Shown piece after piece: positions 1-10,953 of a DNA stretch of 64,000 nt; positions within the stretch are counted from its first letter, which is position 1, and each line of letters opens with the position of its first letter. Below the pieces are notes generated by a model, which was given only the letters and a program-made list of their open reading frames with translations, did not search any database and was not told the origin of the DNA. The DNA is from a virus (lineage: Duplodnaviria; Caudoviricetes): the IMG/VR virus record IMGVR_UViG_3300037249_000541, positions 42,382 through 106,381 of that record. The stretch is one strand, 5' to 3'. The translations under genes and the position numbers were made by a program.

Positions 1-812
1 ATTTCTTTTGCACCTTGGCTATTGATATTTAACGTAGCTTGAGCAGGAACGTCATACTGGAAGTAAACAACTACTAAACCTCCATTTACTAAGTTGTAAT
101 TGCTTAATGATACAGTCTTTGCAGCAGTTGTAGCGGCAGTGGTACAAGATGCATAGCCAAATCCAAGGATTTGTGGATTGTACATACTGTCAATGTCAAC
201 TCCGTGGCTTACCCAAACCCAATGAGTTCCATTAAAGATATAATAAACATATTTATTGGCTGCACCATAACAATTACCAGATATTGGACGGTTATTTTCT
301 CCAGTATTATACCATACGGGATATGCAGAAGTGTTGTTCACCTTTATCTTTCCAGGTTCATCATTTATATGATTGGAATCGTCATTTGCAAACTTCACTG
401 CAATACAACTCCCCACAATCGGAGTTTCAACACCATTGACTAATTGAGTAGGGAAGTTAGGGATGTCCACTTGCTTGATGGCTACGTTACCTGCTGTGGA
501 GCAAGTGCCTAAGTAAAATCTTGGGGCAATATCAATAGCCTTCTTAATGTTACCACTGTTTACAAGATTGCTACTATTTGCCGTTGGTTCACTATCATAT
601 TCCAATACAGGACAAGGGTATATTTTTGCGTGTGTGTAAATACAAGACAATGGCTTAATGTAAGCAATGTCTGTATATAGAATATCAGGAGTACCTTCTA
701 CAATAGTGTCAGTACCTCCTGTAAAATAGTGAGTATTTGTTGAATCATAAGAGAATTTCAACGAATTAAACTCACTAAGTGTCTCTATGTGATGTGCCTT
801 TGGTAAAGCCAT
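1..812 (-). CDS. tail fibre protein (runs off the left edge)
   Basis: Open frame from ATG at 812 (MALPKAHHIETLSEFN...YTDIAYIKPLSCIYTHAKIY...GTCSTAGNVAIK...ASCTTAATTAAKTV), absent from the ORF track because truncated; CsTAA.TAAK repeats are typical of Bacteroidetes phage fibres. Confidence 0.75.
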   Translation of the reverse strand, partial: MALPKAHHIETLSEFNSLKFSYDSTNTHYFTGGTDTIVEGTPDILYTDIAYIKPLSCIYTHAKIYPCPVLEYDSEPTANSSNLVNSGNIKKAIDIAPRFYLGTCSTAGNVAIKQVDIPNFPTQLVNGVETPIVGSCIAVKFANDDSNHINDEPGKIKVNNTSAYPVWYNTGENNRPISGNCYGAANKYVYYIFNGTHWVWVSHGVDIDSMYNPQILGFGYASCTTAATTAAKTVSLSNYNLVNGGLVVVYFQYDVPAQATLNINSQGAKE

Positions 813-831
813 TTCCTTTATGTTTTAATTA

Positions 832-2061
832 TTAATGTTCTACCCAACCCAAATCAGCAATGTTAGCCTTTGCATTAAGTTGAGTTTGAATACTTGATGT
901 AACTCCAGATACGTATCCTAACTCTGTTGATGTAACATTTGATACTGCAACCTTACCATTAGCATCTGAAATAAGTGCTTTGGATGCTGTAAGGTCATTT
1001 GTTGTGATAGTTGTTGCTGCACCTGTTATAGTTGCTTGCTTTGTTGCAATGGCAGCAGCATTATCTGCAATACCTTTTGCAAGTTTACCTACTGCAATGT
1101 CAACTTTATCACCAGCAGCGGGTTCAGTATATACTTGTGCCTTGGCATAATTGCTTGAAAGCAATACATTATCACCGTTGTACACGATAAACAGTTCTGC
1201 AATAGACATCCTGATAACAGTGTGTGTAGGTTCGCCTTGTACAGTGTTAAATGTAAACTTCAAATACGGAAGTGTCGGATAGTTACTATTAGATGTAGAA
1301 CCTGTAGCCTCTGTAGCACTGGTAAGTTCAGTAATTGTAGAACTGCCACCATCTTCATATGAAGTACCATAGTAAGATATTGTTGTATCATTATCATAGC
1401 CTCCCCAATCAGTTACATTGAATTGGTAAGTAGCAGGAATAGACAACCACTTATTAAATTCAGTTCCTTCGGTTTGGTAAGAATTGTAAGCATCTGGTTT
1501 ATTATGACCAATGGTAATAGAAGTCCACTCAGATAAACTACCAGTTGATTGGAACTTCACTATGAATGTTCCTTGATTAGAGAAACTATAGTTATTTTTA
1601 GAATCATCAAAGTTGGCATTTTTAATTATATATGCTTTATTTGAATCAAGTGTTGGAATTACTTTAAACGTAAAATCTGTATCACCTGCCCCAGTATAAA
1701 CAATTGAATCAAAATCAGTAGCATCAAGTTCTACAATAGGATAGTTAGTGCCGTTTACTGAAAGTACAGCACTTGAACCTTCAGGCGTTGTAATAAGTTC
1801 AACACTTTCCAACATACCGTCCTTAATGAACGGAGAAGCATCAAGTTCTGAAATTATAGTACTGCCATTTTTCAGTTGGAGTTTCTGTGTTGCACTGTTG
1901 TAGTATTGAGACAGATTATTTAATGTCCAAAAATGTCCGTGAGTAAACAATTCCATAGTGTCCTCAATAAACACTACCGAGTTGTTAAATACTGTTGTTG
2001 CTCCCCTTGCAGTGTCAAATGCTGCCCTTGTAGGGAAATATTCAAATTTAGGTACTGCCAT
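832..2061 (-). CDS. tail fibre subunit
   Basis: N-terminal VFIEDT..LFTHG, FIKDGML...YLKFTFN and C-terminal VTSTELGYVSGVTSSIQTQLNAK fibre motifs. Confidence 0.7.
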   Translation of the reverse strand: MAVPKFEYFPTRAAFDTARGATTVFNNSVVFIEDTMELFTHGHFWTLNNLSQYYNSATQKLQLKNGSTIISELDASPFIKDGMLESVELITTPEGSSAVLSVNGTNYPIVELDATDFDSIVYTGAGDTDFTFKVIPTLDSNKAYIIKNANFDDSKNNYSFSNQGTFIVKFQSTGSLSEWTSITIGHNKPDAYNSYQTEGTEFNKWLSIPATYQFNVTDWGGYDNDTTISYYGTSYEDGGSSTITELTSATEATGSTSNSNYPTLPYLKFTFNTVQGEPTHTVIRMSIAELFIVYNGDNVLLSSNYAKAQVYTEPAAGDKVDIAVGKLAKGIADNAAAIATKQATITGAATTITTNDLTASKALISDANGKVAVSNVTSTELGYVSGVTSSIQTQLNAKANIADLGWVEH

Positions 2062-2092
2062 TTTAATTTCTTTTATATTGTTAATAATATTG

Positions 2093-3649
2093 TTAATGTT
2101 CTATCCAACCAATTTCAGAATCTGTTACATAATGTGAAGTATCTTCTTCTGGTGGAACACATTGTTGCCATTCTTCTGTATCAATATCAATAGTTTCTTG
2201 AGATACTCCTTGTACATATTCACTACTCAAATAAAGGAAATCACACACTTGTTTGTAATGTTCTCCATTATAATCAAGTGCTAACAATAGATATTGATTA
2301 TTAGCCACATCATTGTAACAATATATTTTCCTACCATCAGTGCTTTTGAATATAACTATATCTGACTCTTGGAAAAACTCTTGAACAATTGGAGTGGATA
2401 TTTTCGCATAAAGTTCTGGACCAGACCTGTCAGTATATATAATTCTACGTGGGTATTTAATGCCTTGATATGTAGAATAATATACAGTTTCTACTTTAAG
2501 AAAATGGTATGTGTTCTCACTTCCGCCTATCCAATATAAACCGATTGCATTTTCTTTTATTTCATAATTATTTCCATCCTGATATACATTTATACAGCCA
2601 CCCCCACTTGTATAACTCCAAGTTGATGCTTTAAGTATATTTCCAGAAACTTCATCTGTTTCGTTTGTTTTATAATATATACCCCTCGTAATGCCACATA
2701 CCGATAGACCAGTATCGGAATCCACCCACTGACCATTAACATTAATATAATCAGTACCAGATGGTATTACAATCTGTGTTCCTACTTTTTTATAATTGAA
2801 GCCATTAGTGTACTTAGAGTTTGTTTCTCCTATATACTGTACTATCTTGCCCTCAGATGCTTGAAAGTTATCCAAGTCATCTACTTGTTCAAGATATTTA
2901 CCTGTATATACAGTACCATCATTCCTTAAAAGACCCTCAATATCACTTTTACGTACAAGGTCAGTAGGCTTGTTTAATATTTGTGATTTACCTGATTCAG
3001 AGTTCCAATCTGCATTTACTTGTGCTTCGGGGATTGTAGGCTTATTTTGTATAAACGCTTTGGAAGATTCATTACTCTCATTCCAATCAGCCTGTACCTG
3101 AGCATCAGGTATCTCAGGCTTATTCAAGATATAAGCCTTAGAAGTTTCATCTGTTTCATTCCAATTTGATTGCACCTGTTGGATTGGATTATGTTCAATA
3201 TAATCTTCTACTGCTTCTATTACATTATCAGATATATTTTGTATATTATTTTCGTAATCACTCTTTAAAAGGAAAGGGTAGGATTTTAAATTACGGCGGT
3301 CAATAATGGCTGCACTATCTTCCAGTAGAAGAACAGGTTCTGGGTTTGGATATAACTCTTCTATACAAAGGATGTGTATATACTCTCTAAAGCCATTAAA
3401 CTTGCTGTTTTGGATAAATACATATTGTGCATTACACAAATCTTTTGCTTGAACAACAGCTACACCTGAGAACTTAGTAACACCTGAAACTTCGTATTTA
3501 ATAGCCCACAAGCGTAGTGGATGATGACATTCACATTTATCATTATCACAGCAATGAACTGGTGTAGATGGGTTGTGAACATAATCAGCATTTTGAGGAA
3601 TCTCATTAGGCTTGTAATTACTATCTATATATGTATTTTCATTAGGCAT
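2093..3649 (-). CDS. tail fibre / fibre-associated structural protein
   Basis: Three QVQ[AS][DN]WN...[FYQ]I.NKP repeats; position among fibre genes. Confidence 0.65.
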   Translation of the reverse strand: MPNENTYIDSNYKPNEIPQNADYVHNPSTPVHCCDNDKCECHHPLRLWAIKYEVSGVTKFSGVAVVQAKDLCNAQYVFIQNSKFNGFREYIHILCIEELYPNPEPVLLLEDSAAIIDRRNLKSYPFLLKSDYENNIQNISDNVIEAVEDYIEHNPIQQVQSNWNETDETSKAYILNKPEIPDAQVQADWNESNESSKAFIQNKPTIPEAQVNADWNSESGKSQILNKPTDLVRKSDIEGLLRNDGTVYTGKYLEQVDDLDNFQASEGKIVQYIGETNSKYTNGFNYKKVGTQIVIPSGTDYINVNGQWVDSDTGLSVCGITRGIYYKTNETDEVSGNILKASTWSYTSGGGCINVYQDGNNYEIKENAIGLYWIGGSENTYHFLKVETVYYSTYQGIKYPRRIIYTDRSGPELYAKISTPIVQEFFQESDIVIFKSTDGRKIYCYNDVANNQYLLLALDYNGEHYKQVCDFLYLSSEYVQGVSQETIDIDTEEWQQCVPPEEDTSHYVTDSEIGWIEH

Positions 3650-3998
3650 TTTCTTTATCGTCTATTGTTTTTATAATAACATCGTCAGAATTAGTTATTC
3701 TCTTAGGGCAGTTTGCTCTCATACAATTATATCTTAGCATAAGTTCTACCTGCGCTTTGAGAATAGTAAGCTCGCTTTTAAGTTGTAAATTTTCATCCAA
3801 TACTTCTTTTAGTTTTGCTTGATTTTCTTTTATTCTGTCTTTGTTATCATCCGAAATTTGTTTGTAAATATCAAGAGCTTCTTTTAATCCTGATATAACA
3901 GAATTATCTACCTCTGCATTATATTTACGTCTGGCTAAAAACCAAGCTAATACAGAAGAACACGCTGCTACAATTCCATTTAATATTATATCATTCAT
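3642..3998 (-). CDS. putative holin-like membrane protein with coiled coil
   Basis: N-terminal TM helix followed by RRK, coiled coil, C-terminal CxxxxC. Confidence 0.45.
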   Translation of the reverse strand: MNDIILNGIVAACSSVLAWFLARRKYNAEVDNSVISGLKEALDIYKQISDDNKDRIKENQAKLKEVLDENLQLKSELTILKAQVELMLRYNCMRANCPKRITNSDDVIIKTIDDKENA

Positions 3999-4000
3999 AA

Positions 4001-4213
4001 TTACTCTTTACTTGTTTTACTTGATTTCTTTTTAAGAGTTTCTAACTCTTTTTTAGTTGTATTTAACTCGTCTATTAATTTGTTTATTTTAGATGTTAAT
4101 GTAGTACCGTCAGACATAAATACACTGTCTGAAATAGTTGTTGGTGCTACTGGTACATCTGCTTTTATTCTTGCATTGGCAATATTTTTGCCATAAAGTT
4201 GTATTGCTATCAT
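4001..4213 (-). CDS. small hypothetical structural protein
   Basis: Tightly packed ORF; P.T..DSV.MSDG motif. Confidence 0.5.
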   Translation of the reverse strand: MIAIQLYGKNIANARIKADVPVAPTTISDSVFMSDGTTLTSKINKLIDELNTTKKELETLKKKSSKTSKE

Positions 4214-4223
4214 AATAGTTTAA

Positions 4224-6812
4224 TTATTTAGAATTATTATTACGTTTTTGCATCCTTTGGACGTTTATTTGTTTTTCTTTAAGCATTTTATCTTGACTTA
4301 ACTTTTTCTCGTTAAATCGAAGATTTTGTTCGTTATTTATTCTTGTGTCTTTTAATTTATCATCAGTTTGTTTTGCTTTTATATCAAATTGTCTTTTTTG
4401 TTCTTCGAGTTGAGCTATTCTTACAGCTAAATCACCGCCACCATCATCTGCACCTTCTATTTGCATAGCAGTAGTCTGAACTTTATTGTTGGCTTGAATA
4501 TTTGCAACTTCAATCTTTGTTTCATTATCCCTCTGGTTCATTAATTCTTGTAGCTGCAATTGTTGCTGTTGTAATTGCATTTGCATCTGAACAGCCTCTT
4601 GCTGTTGCTGTAATTGTTCTTGCTGTGATTGTTGTGCTTGCTGAATCTTCTCTTGTTCATCCTTTTCAACCATACGTTGTTTCTCTGCAAGAGATGCAGT
4701 ACCATATAGTTTCATTATAGTAGAAAATGATAATACTTGGTTTTGTAATGCAGCCTGAGCAAGCATTTCCATATTTTGTTTTAGTGTCTGAGAAGCGTCG
4801 GAATTATCAACAACAAGACCGTAATCACATTCAGCAAATTCATCTCCATCAATATCTATCAACTTATTGGCAAAATCATCTGATATATATTGGAATTTCT
4901 TTGATTTGCCCTTCATTGCAATCTTTGCTGTTTCAAGAAAAGCTTCAAGAACTCTCTTGATTGTATCTTCGTGCTTTAAAAACAACCATTCAGTAATATA
5001 AGAAGATTGTAACGTTGCTCTTTCTACGCCACCAACAGTTTCTCTGTTACTTACTTGACCTTCTCTTTGCCTTGAAATACCAACTATTTCAGACATTACA
5101 TTACGTACATATTCAAGTATTTCAGTATAAGCTCTTATAACTTCCATCTGAGAAGCCTGTATGCCACCAACAGAGTTGTTATTCAAAGCTCCTGCGAGTT
5201 TGCCAGTAGCAGAACCTATATTACCTTCATTAAATGAATCTTGAATTAATATACCAAGAGTTTTAGCATAATGCATATATTTTTCAAAAGACCATCCTCT
5301 TGGCATTTTAGCAAGGTCAACATTTACCAGAAAACCATAATCCCTTGCGATAAATCTTTCCATCTTCGCATGAATAACATCATACAAATATGCGTATGGC
5401 TTCATCATATCTACGAGAGAGAATGGTTTGTTTTCGTTAAGTGAGTAAATTGTACCAACTATACCAAAACTACATTTTGATGGATTAGATATGGAATTAT
5501 ATTGAACTGGGCAAGGTCTAATGTTAACATATATATCTTTACCTATCTTTGTACCTTCCCAAGCTTGGTTAATCCAATATATTTTCTCCGTTTCACCTTT
5601 TGCTTTATCAATGATATAGTCTTCATCATAGAACTTTTGTATCTCCTCGCCAGTTTGTGGGTCGTAAGAAGTAACCTTCTTTATCTTTCTTCTTGACTTC
5701 CAGTACATCCTTAATACCCTTATATTGCCTTCACCGTCAAATGGAGATAACTGTGATATTGCTGCATCACCGTAAGCTGCTGCTGGATTGAAATATATGT
5801 CATCTTCTGGGTTAACAATAACATCTGTAATCATTGGTCTTCTGACGAATCCTTGTCTTTCATCAATACTATTCATATTATCTGGACTTGCAGGTTCGCC
5901 AGTAGCACCCATTTGTTCAAGCTTTTTAACATCGCTTGGTGTTAAAGCATCGTAGAAAGTATCATATATAGCACCAAGTCCCCAATAGTCTTCTATGATT
6001 ATAACATCAGCATCTTCTATTTTATTTGAATAACCACAACCAAATGCTGATACCTTAAGGTTATTAAGTCTTTTTACTCTTGGTTCCCCACCAACTATCT
6101 CACATTGATACAATTCCTCACCAACTGTCATAGCATCCATAAGACCATCATTGAACATAACATTAAAGTTTTGCTCCTTTGAATAGTGATGAAGAAGCGT
6201 ATTACCTCTCATCTCTCTTATGTCCTGATATTGGTAAGTATAGTAATCTGTTATTCTTTTTAACTTTTCTTCAAAAGCTTGTTGAGCCTGTCCTTGTTGA
6301 TAAGCAGACTGCTGTGGTTGCTGACCTTGTTCTTGCGCTTGCTGTTGCTCCATCTGCTGTTGCTGCTGCTCCATTTGCGCTTGTTGATACAATTCAGCAT
6401 TCTGCTCTTTTATTAATTCTAAAACGGCATTATATACTTCATCCTTTTTCTTTGTTTCAATTTCAGATATAGATGTAGGGTTAGTAATAATAACCCTGTA
6501 ATCAAACACTCTTTTGCTTGCTTCACCTCTTAGTACATTTAATTTTGAATTAATTATAGGATAATGTTGTATCTTATTCGGAATGAAGCTTCCTTTGATT
6601 CCATCAGGATTTATAGTATTTGCTATATCTTTCATATGTATAATGCCATTCACCAAGTCGTAATTGATTTTCTTATGGATTGCAGTGTTCCTGATTAATC
6701 CATAATTCCAATATGACTTGGTGTCCGCCCAATCAAGATGCTTTTGTCGCCACTCCTTACCTTTACTTCTGAAAGATAATTGTTGTGGCGGGAATGAACT
6801 ATTTGCAAACAT
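4224..6812 (-). CDS. portal protein (crAss-type)
   Basis: FPPQQLSF, IQHYPIINSKLNVLRGE, WINQAWEGTKIG, GISRQREGQVSNRETVGGVERA motifs; start moved to ATG at 6812, downstream of the promoter. Confidence 0.92.
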   Translation of the reverse strand: MFANSSFPPQQLSFRSKGKEWRQKHLDWADTKSYWNYGLIRNTAIHKKINYDLVNGIIHMKDIANTINPDGIKGSFIPNKIQHYPIINSKLNVLRGEASKRVFDYRVIITNPTSISEIETKKKDEVYNAVLELIKEQNAELYQQAQMEQQQQQMEQQQAQEQGQQPQQSAYQQGQAQQAFEEKLKRITDYYTYQYQDIREMRGNTLLHHYSKEQNFNVMFNDGLMDAMTVGEELYQCEIVGGEPRVKRLNNLKVSAFGCGYSNKIEDADVIIIEDYWGLGAIYDTFYDALTPSDVKKLEQMGATGEPASPDNMNSIDERQGFVRRPMITDVIVNPEDDIYFNPAAAYGDAAISQLSPFDGEGNIRVLRMYWKSRRKIKKVTSYDPQTGEEIQKFYDEDYIIDKAKGETEKIYWINQAWEGTKIGKDIYVNIRPCPVQYNSISNPSKCSFGIVGTIYSLNENKPFSLVDMMKPYAYLYDVIHAKMERFIARDYGFLVNVDLAKMPRGWSFEKYMHYAKTLGILIQDSFNEGNIGSATGKLAGALNNNSVGGIQASQMEVIRAYTEILEYVRNVMSEIVGISRQREGQVSNRETVGGVERATLQSSYITEWLFLKHEDTIKRVLEAFLETAKIAMKGKSKKFQYISDDFANKLIDIDGDEFAECDYGLVVDNSDASQTLKQNMEMLAQAALQNQVLSFSTIMKLYGTASLAEKQRMVEKDEQEKIQQAQQSQQEQLQQQQEAVQMQMQLQQQQLQLQELMNQRDNETKIEVANIQANNKVQTTAMQIEGADDGGGDLAVRIAQLEEQKRQFDIKAKQTDDKLKDTRINNEQNLRFNEKKLSQDKMLKEKQINVQRMQKRNNNSK

Positions 6813-6830
6813 ATTATTATAATTTTTATG

Positions 6831-6862
6831 CAAAAATAAAAACAAGAGTTGTAGTGTTGCAA
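6831..6862 (-). promoter_or_regulatory. Bacteroidetes sigma70-type promoter overlapping a hairpin
   Basis: Minus strand TTG-N21-TATTTTTG (-33/-7 consensus TAnnTTTG) directly upstream of portal. Confidence 0.55.
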
Positions 6863-6888
6863 CTCTTGTAATTATTAAACTATGTTAT

Positions 6889-9159
6889 CTAATAACTTTC
6901 AACTTCATTATCGTAAGGATTATTGTAATTTTCACTGAAAAAAGGGTCATTGCCTATATAGTCGTCAGGTATATAATTCTTACCAATATCAAGTTGTCCT
7001 TGATATAAAACGACCTTCTCCTCCCTGTAAAGCATAACAAGACCTAATGCTCTAATCCTATCATAGTTGCCTTGCAATGGAGTATATTGTATGCACTCTC
7101 TTAACAAAGCTCTATTCTTTATATTGAATAGATTAGGAACTTGAACTTCTATTTCTTGTCCATTGCTATCTCTTGACATCTTAACAATTGGTTTTAGCAT
7201 CCATTGTTGAATCAATTTATTAGCATAATTGTTTATCGGTAATGTAGCCCTGACACCTTTGGACGTATTACCGTAGCCAACTGATTTGATTAGTTGTTTG
7301 TCAACGAGATATTCAGGAGTGTCAGCAAGTAAATGCAGACAGTTCTTCTGTGAGAAATAAGCAAAGCAACCCTTAATGTTTTGTTCATATAGACATTTGG
7401 CATTATAGAAAAGACATAACCTTCTTAATACTTCAAAGTTGTCGTCAGCCATTTTCTTCCTGCCAGTATATTCAGCTACTATTCTATCAGTCCATAAATC
7501 AAGTACAAATGTTGAAGAAAGAGAACCTTGTTTATCTTCATCATTATCAACTGGGTCGTGTCCAATAATATATCTGTCTGGTGGAATTTTTCCGTTAACT
7601 CCAGTAGCTGGCATCTCGAATATTTCTAATGCACCTTCAACAATATTATTGTCATTAACTTTAAATTCCCTTATCGGAGTATCAGTTGTAGGTTTAAATT
7701 CAACTTCTCCATTTGGTTTTACAACAAGTTCTCCTACGTATGTATCATTGTAAAACGATGGATTATTATCTATTTCAAGTAACCTTTCCTGCAATTCTGT
7801 TATAGGAAATAGATTGTTAGCTGTTTGTAATACAGCTTCTTTTGGTGTTATAGGTAATTCTGCCATACGTTTTGTAATCATTCGTATGTCAGTAGAGTTA
7901 TATTTAACTATGTACCTATCTTTAAGTATCTCAAGAAGAGCTTTTATTACGTCGCTATTTCCATTCTCGTCATAACATTCAGCCATATTAAGATATGAAG
8001 GAAAGAAATATGTAAAATCCTTTCTGCCTTGACCTTCCAAATCGTACACATTAGGAAGTTCTTGCATATTGTAGCCTTTTGGATTATACATTATTTCTTG
8101 CATAGACGAAAAGTCAGATTCATTATCACCAGCGGTACCATACATATATACTTGACCAAACACATTAGTACCATCTTCCACTGATGGCCTAAGCACTGCA
8201 TATAGTTGTAATAGCCTTGGAAATGAACCAGCCTCCTCAATTACATACAATTGACCACGAGAACCACGAAGTTTGGATTCATCATCTTTAGAAGTAATGC
8301 CTGTAACAGAATTAAGGGTCCCTTTCTTTGTATTGTTTTCAGCATCAATATATCCCATTGTCCATTGCATATCGTGCAATGAATTTACAAGACGCTTAGC
8401 AGGAAATTGCGTGTTATTTGCAAGAAAGTCTATATAATAAACAAACATATCAAGGACCTGATTGGCACCTTGAATATATTTTCTTTCCGATGCAGTAACA
8501 ACACATTGAACTTTTTTATTTACTTCCTTACTTTCGCCAAGTATAAACCTCTTTGCAATACGTGCTGCCGAGGTATAACTCTTGCCCTTACCTCTGGCTG
8601 CCAACATACAGGCATGATGACCATTCTCTCTTGCTTGTTCAAGATAATGAAATAAATAATAGTGTCCATCCCATATATTTGGAAAGTCTATAACTCTTTG
8701 AGAGCTTTTACTCTTCTTACCTTTTGATTTCTTTGATACTTGTATAGGGCAATAGTTTAAAAAGAAATAATAATCACCTGTTATCCATTCTCCATCAGAT
8801 TTTCTCATATAACCTTCATAGCATCTTCTGATTTCTTCTCTTATCCATTTGCCATATTCAGAATTAGGATTACTATTGGGAGCAAGATTTGTATAACATC
8901 CATATTTCTTATAATGTAATGCTGCTGGCCTGAAATAATCCATGTCTTCAAGTATATGAGGCTTCGTAACATCAACAATAATTCTTCCTTTGTCATCTGT
9001 TGGAAGTTCACAAGCTCTTGGTCTATCTTTTGCTATTAGAGATTTTACAAATGGTATTCCGTTGATTATTTGTAAGAACTGTTCTTGTATTTCTTGTGGA
9101 TACTTTTCAAGAATCTCGTCTGTTATTTTACTTTGGTATTTATTAAAATCAAAGTCCAT
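6889..9159 (-). CDS. terL: terminase large subunit
   Basis: Walker A ARGKGKS, Walker B YVIEEAG, YGTAG coupling motif, RNase H-like GHDPVD and C-terminal D; adjacent to portal. Confidence 0.95.
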   Translation of the reverse strand: MDFDFNKYQSKITDEILEKYPQEIQEQFLQIINGIPFVKSLIAKDRPRACELPTDDKGRIIVDVTKPHILEDMDYFRPAALHYKKYGCYTNLAPNSNPNSEYGKWIREEIRRCYEGYMRKSDGEWITGDYYFFLNYCPIQVSKKSKGKKSKSSQRVIDFPNIWDGHYYLFHYLEQARENGHHACMLAARGKGKSYTSAARIAKRFILGESKEVNKKVQCVVTASERKYIQGANQVLDMFVYYIDFLANNTQFPAKRLVNSLHDMQWTMGYIDAENNTKKGTLNSVTGITSKDDESKLRGSRGQLYVIEEAGSFPRLLQLYAVLRPSVEDGTNVFGQVYMYGTAGDNESDFSSMQEIMYNPKGYNMQELPNVYDLEGQGRKDFTYFFPSYLNMAECYDENGNSDVIKALLEILKDRYIVKYNSTDIRMITKRMAELPITPKEAVLQTANNLFPITELQERLLEIDNNPSFYNDTYVGELVVKPNGEVEFKPTTDTPIREFKVNDNNIVEGALEIFEMPATGVNGKIPPDRYIIGHDPVDNDEDKQGSLSSTFVLDLWTDRIVAEYTGRKKMADDNFEVLRRLCLFYNAKCLYEQNIKGCFAYFSQKNCLHLLADTPEYLVDKQLIKSVGYGNTSKGVRATLPINNYANKLIQQWMLKPIVKMSRDSNGQEIEVQVPNLFNIKNRALLRECIQYTPLQGNYDRIRALGLVMLYREEKVVLYQGQLDIGKNYIPDDYIGNDPFFSENYNNPYDNEVESY

Positions 9160-9619
9160 GACATTTATTTATATTTGTATTTAATTCTTGCTTTAATAAA
9201 TTCTGACTTCTTGTAAGGTCCTCAATAGTTTTATTTCTTTCAAGGTGCATCTTTTCTATTATTGACAATAGATTGTTTTCAAATGCTATTATATCTTTAG
9301 GTTTCAATAGAACCATCAAATCTTCCTTTGACATTGGCTCGTTATTGTAATACCATACTATTGAATCGTTTTCTTTTTTAAGAGTGATGATATTATAGTC
9401 TATATGACTTTCATTTCTTTTCAAGGGAATTTCCAATTCGTCTATATGAGTATTACGTAATAGTGCTTCTTCAAGGTAATATGTAAGACCTAATATTTTT
9501 CCACTAAATTTAGTTATGCCCCAAAAATATTCTGTTAGAGAATCAATATGATTGTCTTTCTTTTCAAGAAACCATAATACTTGTTCCCATACGTTCTCAT
9601 TTTTTATAACTTGTGCCAT
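9149..9619 (-). CDS. hypothetical protein
   Basis: ORF coupled to both neighbours. Confidence 0.6.
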   Translation of the reverse strand: MAQVIKNENVWEQVLWFLEKKDNHIDSLTEYFWGITKFSGKILGLTYYLEEALLRNTHIDELEIPLKRNESHIDYNIITLKKENDSIVWYYNNEPMSKEDLMVLLKPKDIIAFENNLLSIIEKMHLERNKTIEDLTRSQNLLKQELNTNINKCHGL

Positions 9620-10524
9620 TACTTATTCATTAAATTGTTAATTTTTTCTGCTATTATCTTAATATCTCCGTGAGGTTTGCCAGTAGTGCCTTTCAGCCTT
9701 AAATCAATAATATGATTCCATTCATCAGTGGTTGCTGTATAGATAGCTTTTGTATGAGTATCTAATGGAAGTATACCACGGACTTCATCAGTACTAAGCC
9801 CCATCCCAAACTCATTATCAGAACAATTCTTTAAATCGTTTGGCATATCTCTAAGTGATGTCATGTAAAATCTTTCTACTATTTCCATGATACCTTCCCA
9901 CCATTTTTTATAAGCATAACTTTTCGTATCATACCAATAAGGTTTGTTGAAAGCGACTGCATTTCCAAACTTATCCTTAGAGAAGTTGCAATAACGAGTT
10001 GATTGTTCACAGATATAGAAGTTATCGTGATGTCTATTCATTTCACGAGTACAACCAATGGAAGTATCTACAATAAATGATTTGAAAATACTATTTGTGC
10101 TGCTTATCTCTCTTAAATAGTCTAACATTAAATCAATTAGTTCTGTAATAGAATTAATTATCTTTTGTTCTTCTTTAATTTGAATGATACTTTCTACAAG
10201 TACCCTACCGTTAATATATACTGATGATTCAGTTTCTACTCTATATTTTGAGTTACCACATCGTGCTATTACAATTTCTTGTATTCTATTTGAATCACCT
10301 TTTCCAGTATATATTTTATATAGTTTTTCAAAATCAAAACTTATTATTGCGTGTTCAAATGGACTAAAATGCTTTGACTTAATAAGACTTTCAACAAGTT
10401 TCTTATCATCAGTTGTTTTGTCGCTTGCATAACAGATTCTTGCAGCACGTGCTACTGCTTTATAGAAGTTATCTACTCCTTCAAAGTCTGTTATTTCCTG
10501 TACATTTGGTTCAATTATCTTCAT
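9619..10524 (-). CDS. thyX: FAD-dependent thymidylate synthase
   Basis: ARICY, HFSPFEH, REMNRH, EQSTRY, R.ILP, LR...PH motifs. Confidence 0.93.
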   Translation of the reverse strand: MKIIEPNVQEITDFEGVDNFYKAVARAARICYASDKTTDDKKLVESLIKSKHFSPFEHAIISFDFEKLYKIYTGKGDSNRIQEIVIARCGNSKYRVETESSVYINGRVLVESIIQIKEEQKIINSITELIDLMLDYLREISSTNSIFKSFIVDTSIGCTREMNRHHDNFYICEQSTRYCNFSKDKFGNAVAFNKPYWYDTKSYAYKKWWEGIMEIVERFYMTSLRDMPNDLKNCSDNEFGMGLSTDEVRGILPLDTHTKAIYTATTDEWNHIIDLRLKGTTGKPHGDIKIIAEKINNLMNK

Positions 10525-10545
10525 AATATTTATTTTTTTAATTAA

Positions 10546-10941
10546 TTACCATCCTATTCTAAGCTCTAATGAAACTTCGTTATCTCCATGTGAATTTTCT
10601 ATAATAGAAATCATTGGAAACTTTTTATCTTCTGCTAAACGATTATAACCTTTAATTAAATGTTTTATTATATCTAAAGCATTAGCATTATCATTTATTT
10701 CTCTATGACCTACTACAATCAAATCTTCTGATTTTCTGCCATATCCACTACTGGTAATACCACCATAATAATAGCCTGTATTAGTATTAGTAAATTCAGG
10801 AGCATCTATTGTTTGTGATATTTGTATATATTCCTTAAATGATATAATTTTGTTTTGTAAAGCTAATTGTGCTAATGTTAAAAGGTCGTAATCCTTTATT
10901 TTAGCATTTAATAATAATTGAAGTTCTTCTTTAGTTTTCAT
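10546..10941 (-). CDS. hypothetical protein
   Basis: ORF in operon. Confidence 0.6.
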   Translation of the reverse strand: MKTKEELQLLLNAKIKDYDLLTLAQLALQNKIISFKEYIQISQTIDAPEFTNTNTGYYYGGITSSGYGRKSEDLIVVGHREINDNANALDIIKHLIKGYNRLAEDKKFPMISIIENSHGDNEVSLELRIGW

Positions 10942-10953
10942 AGTTTAATGGTT

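Noticed and set aside
1-3649. Diversity-generating retroelement acting on tail fibres
   Set aside because: No reverse transcriptase or TR/VR repeat pair seen in this window
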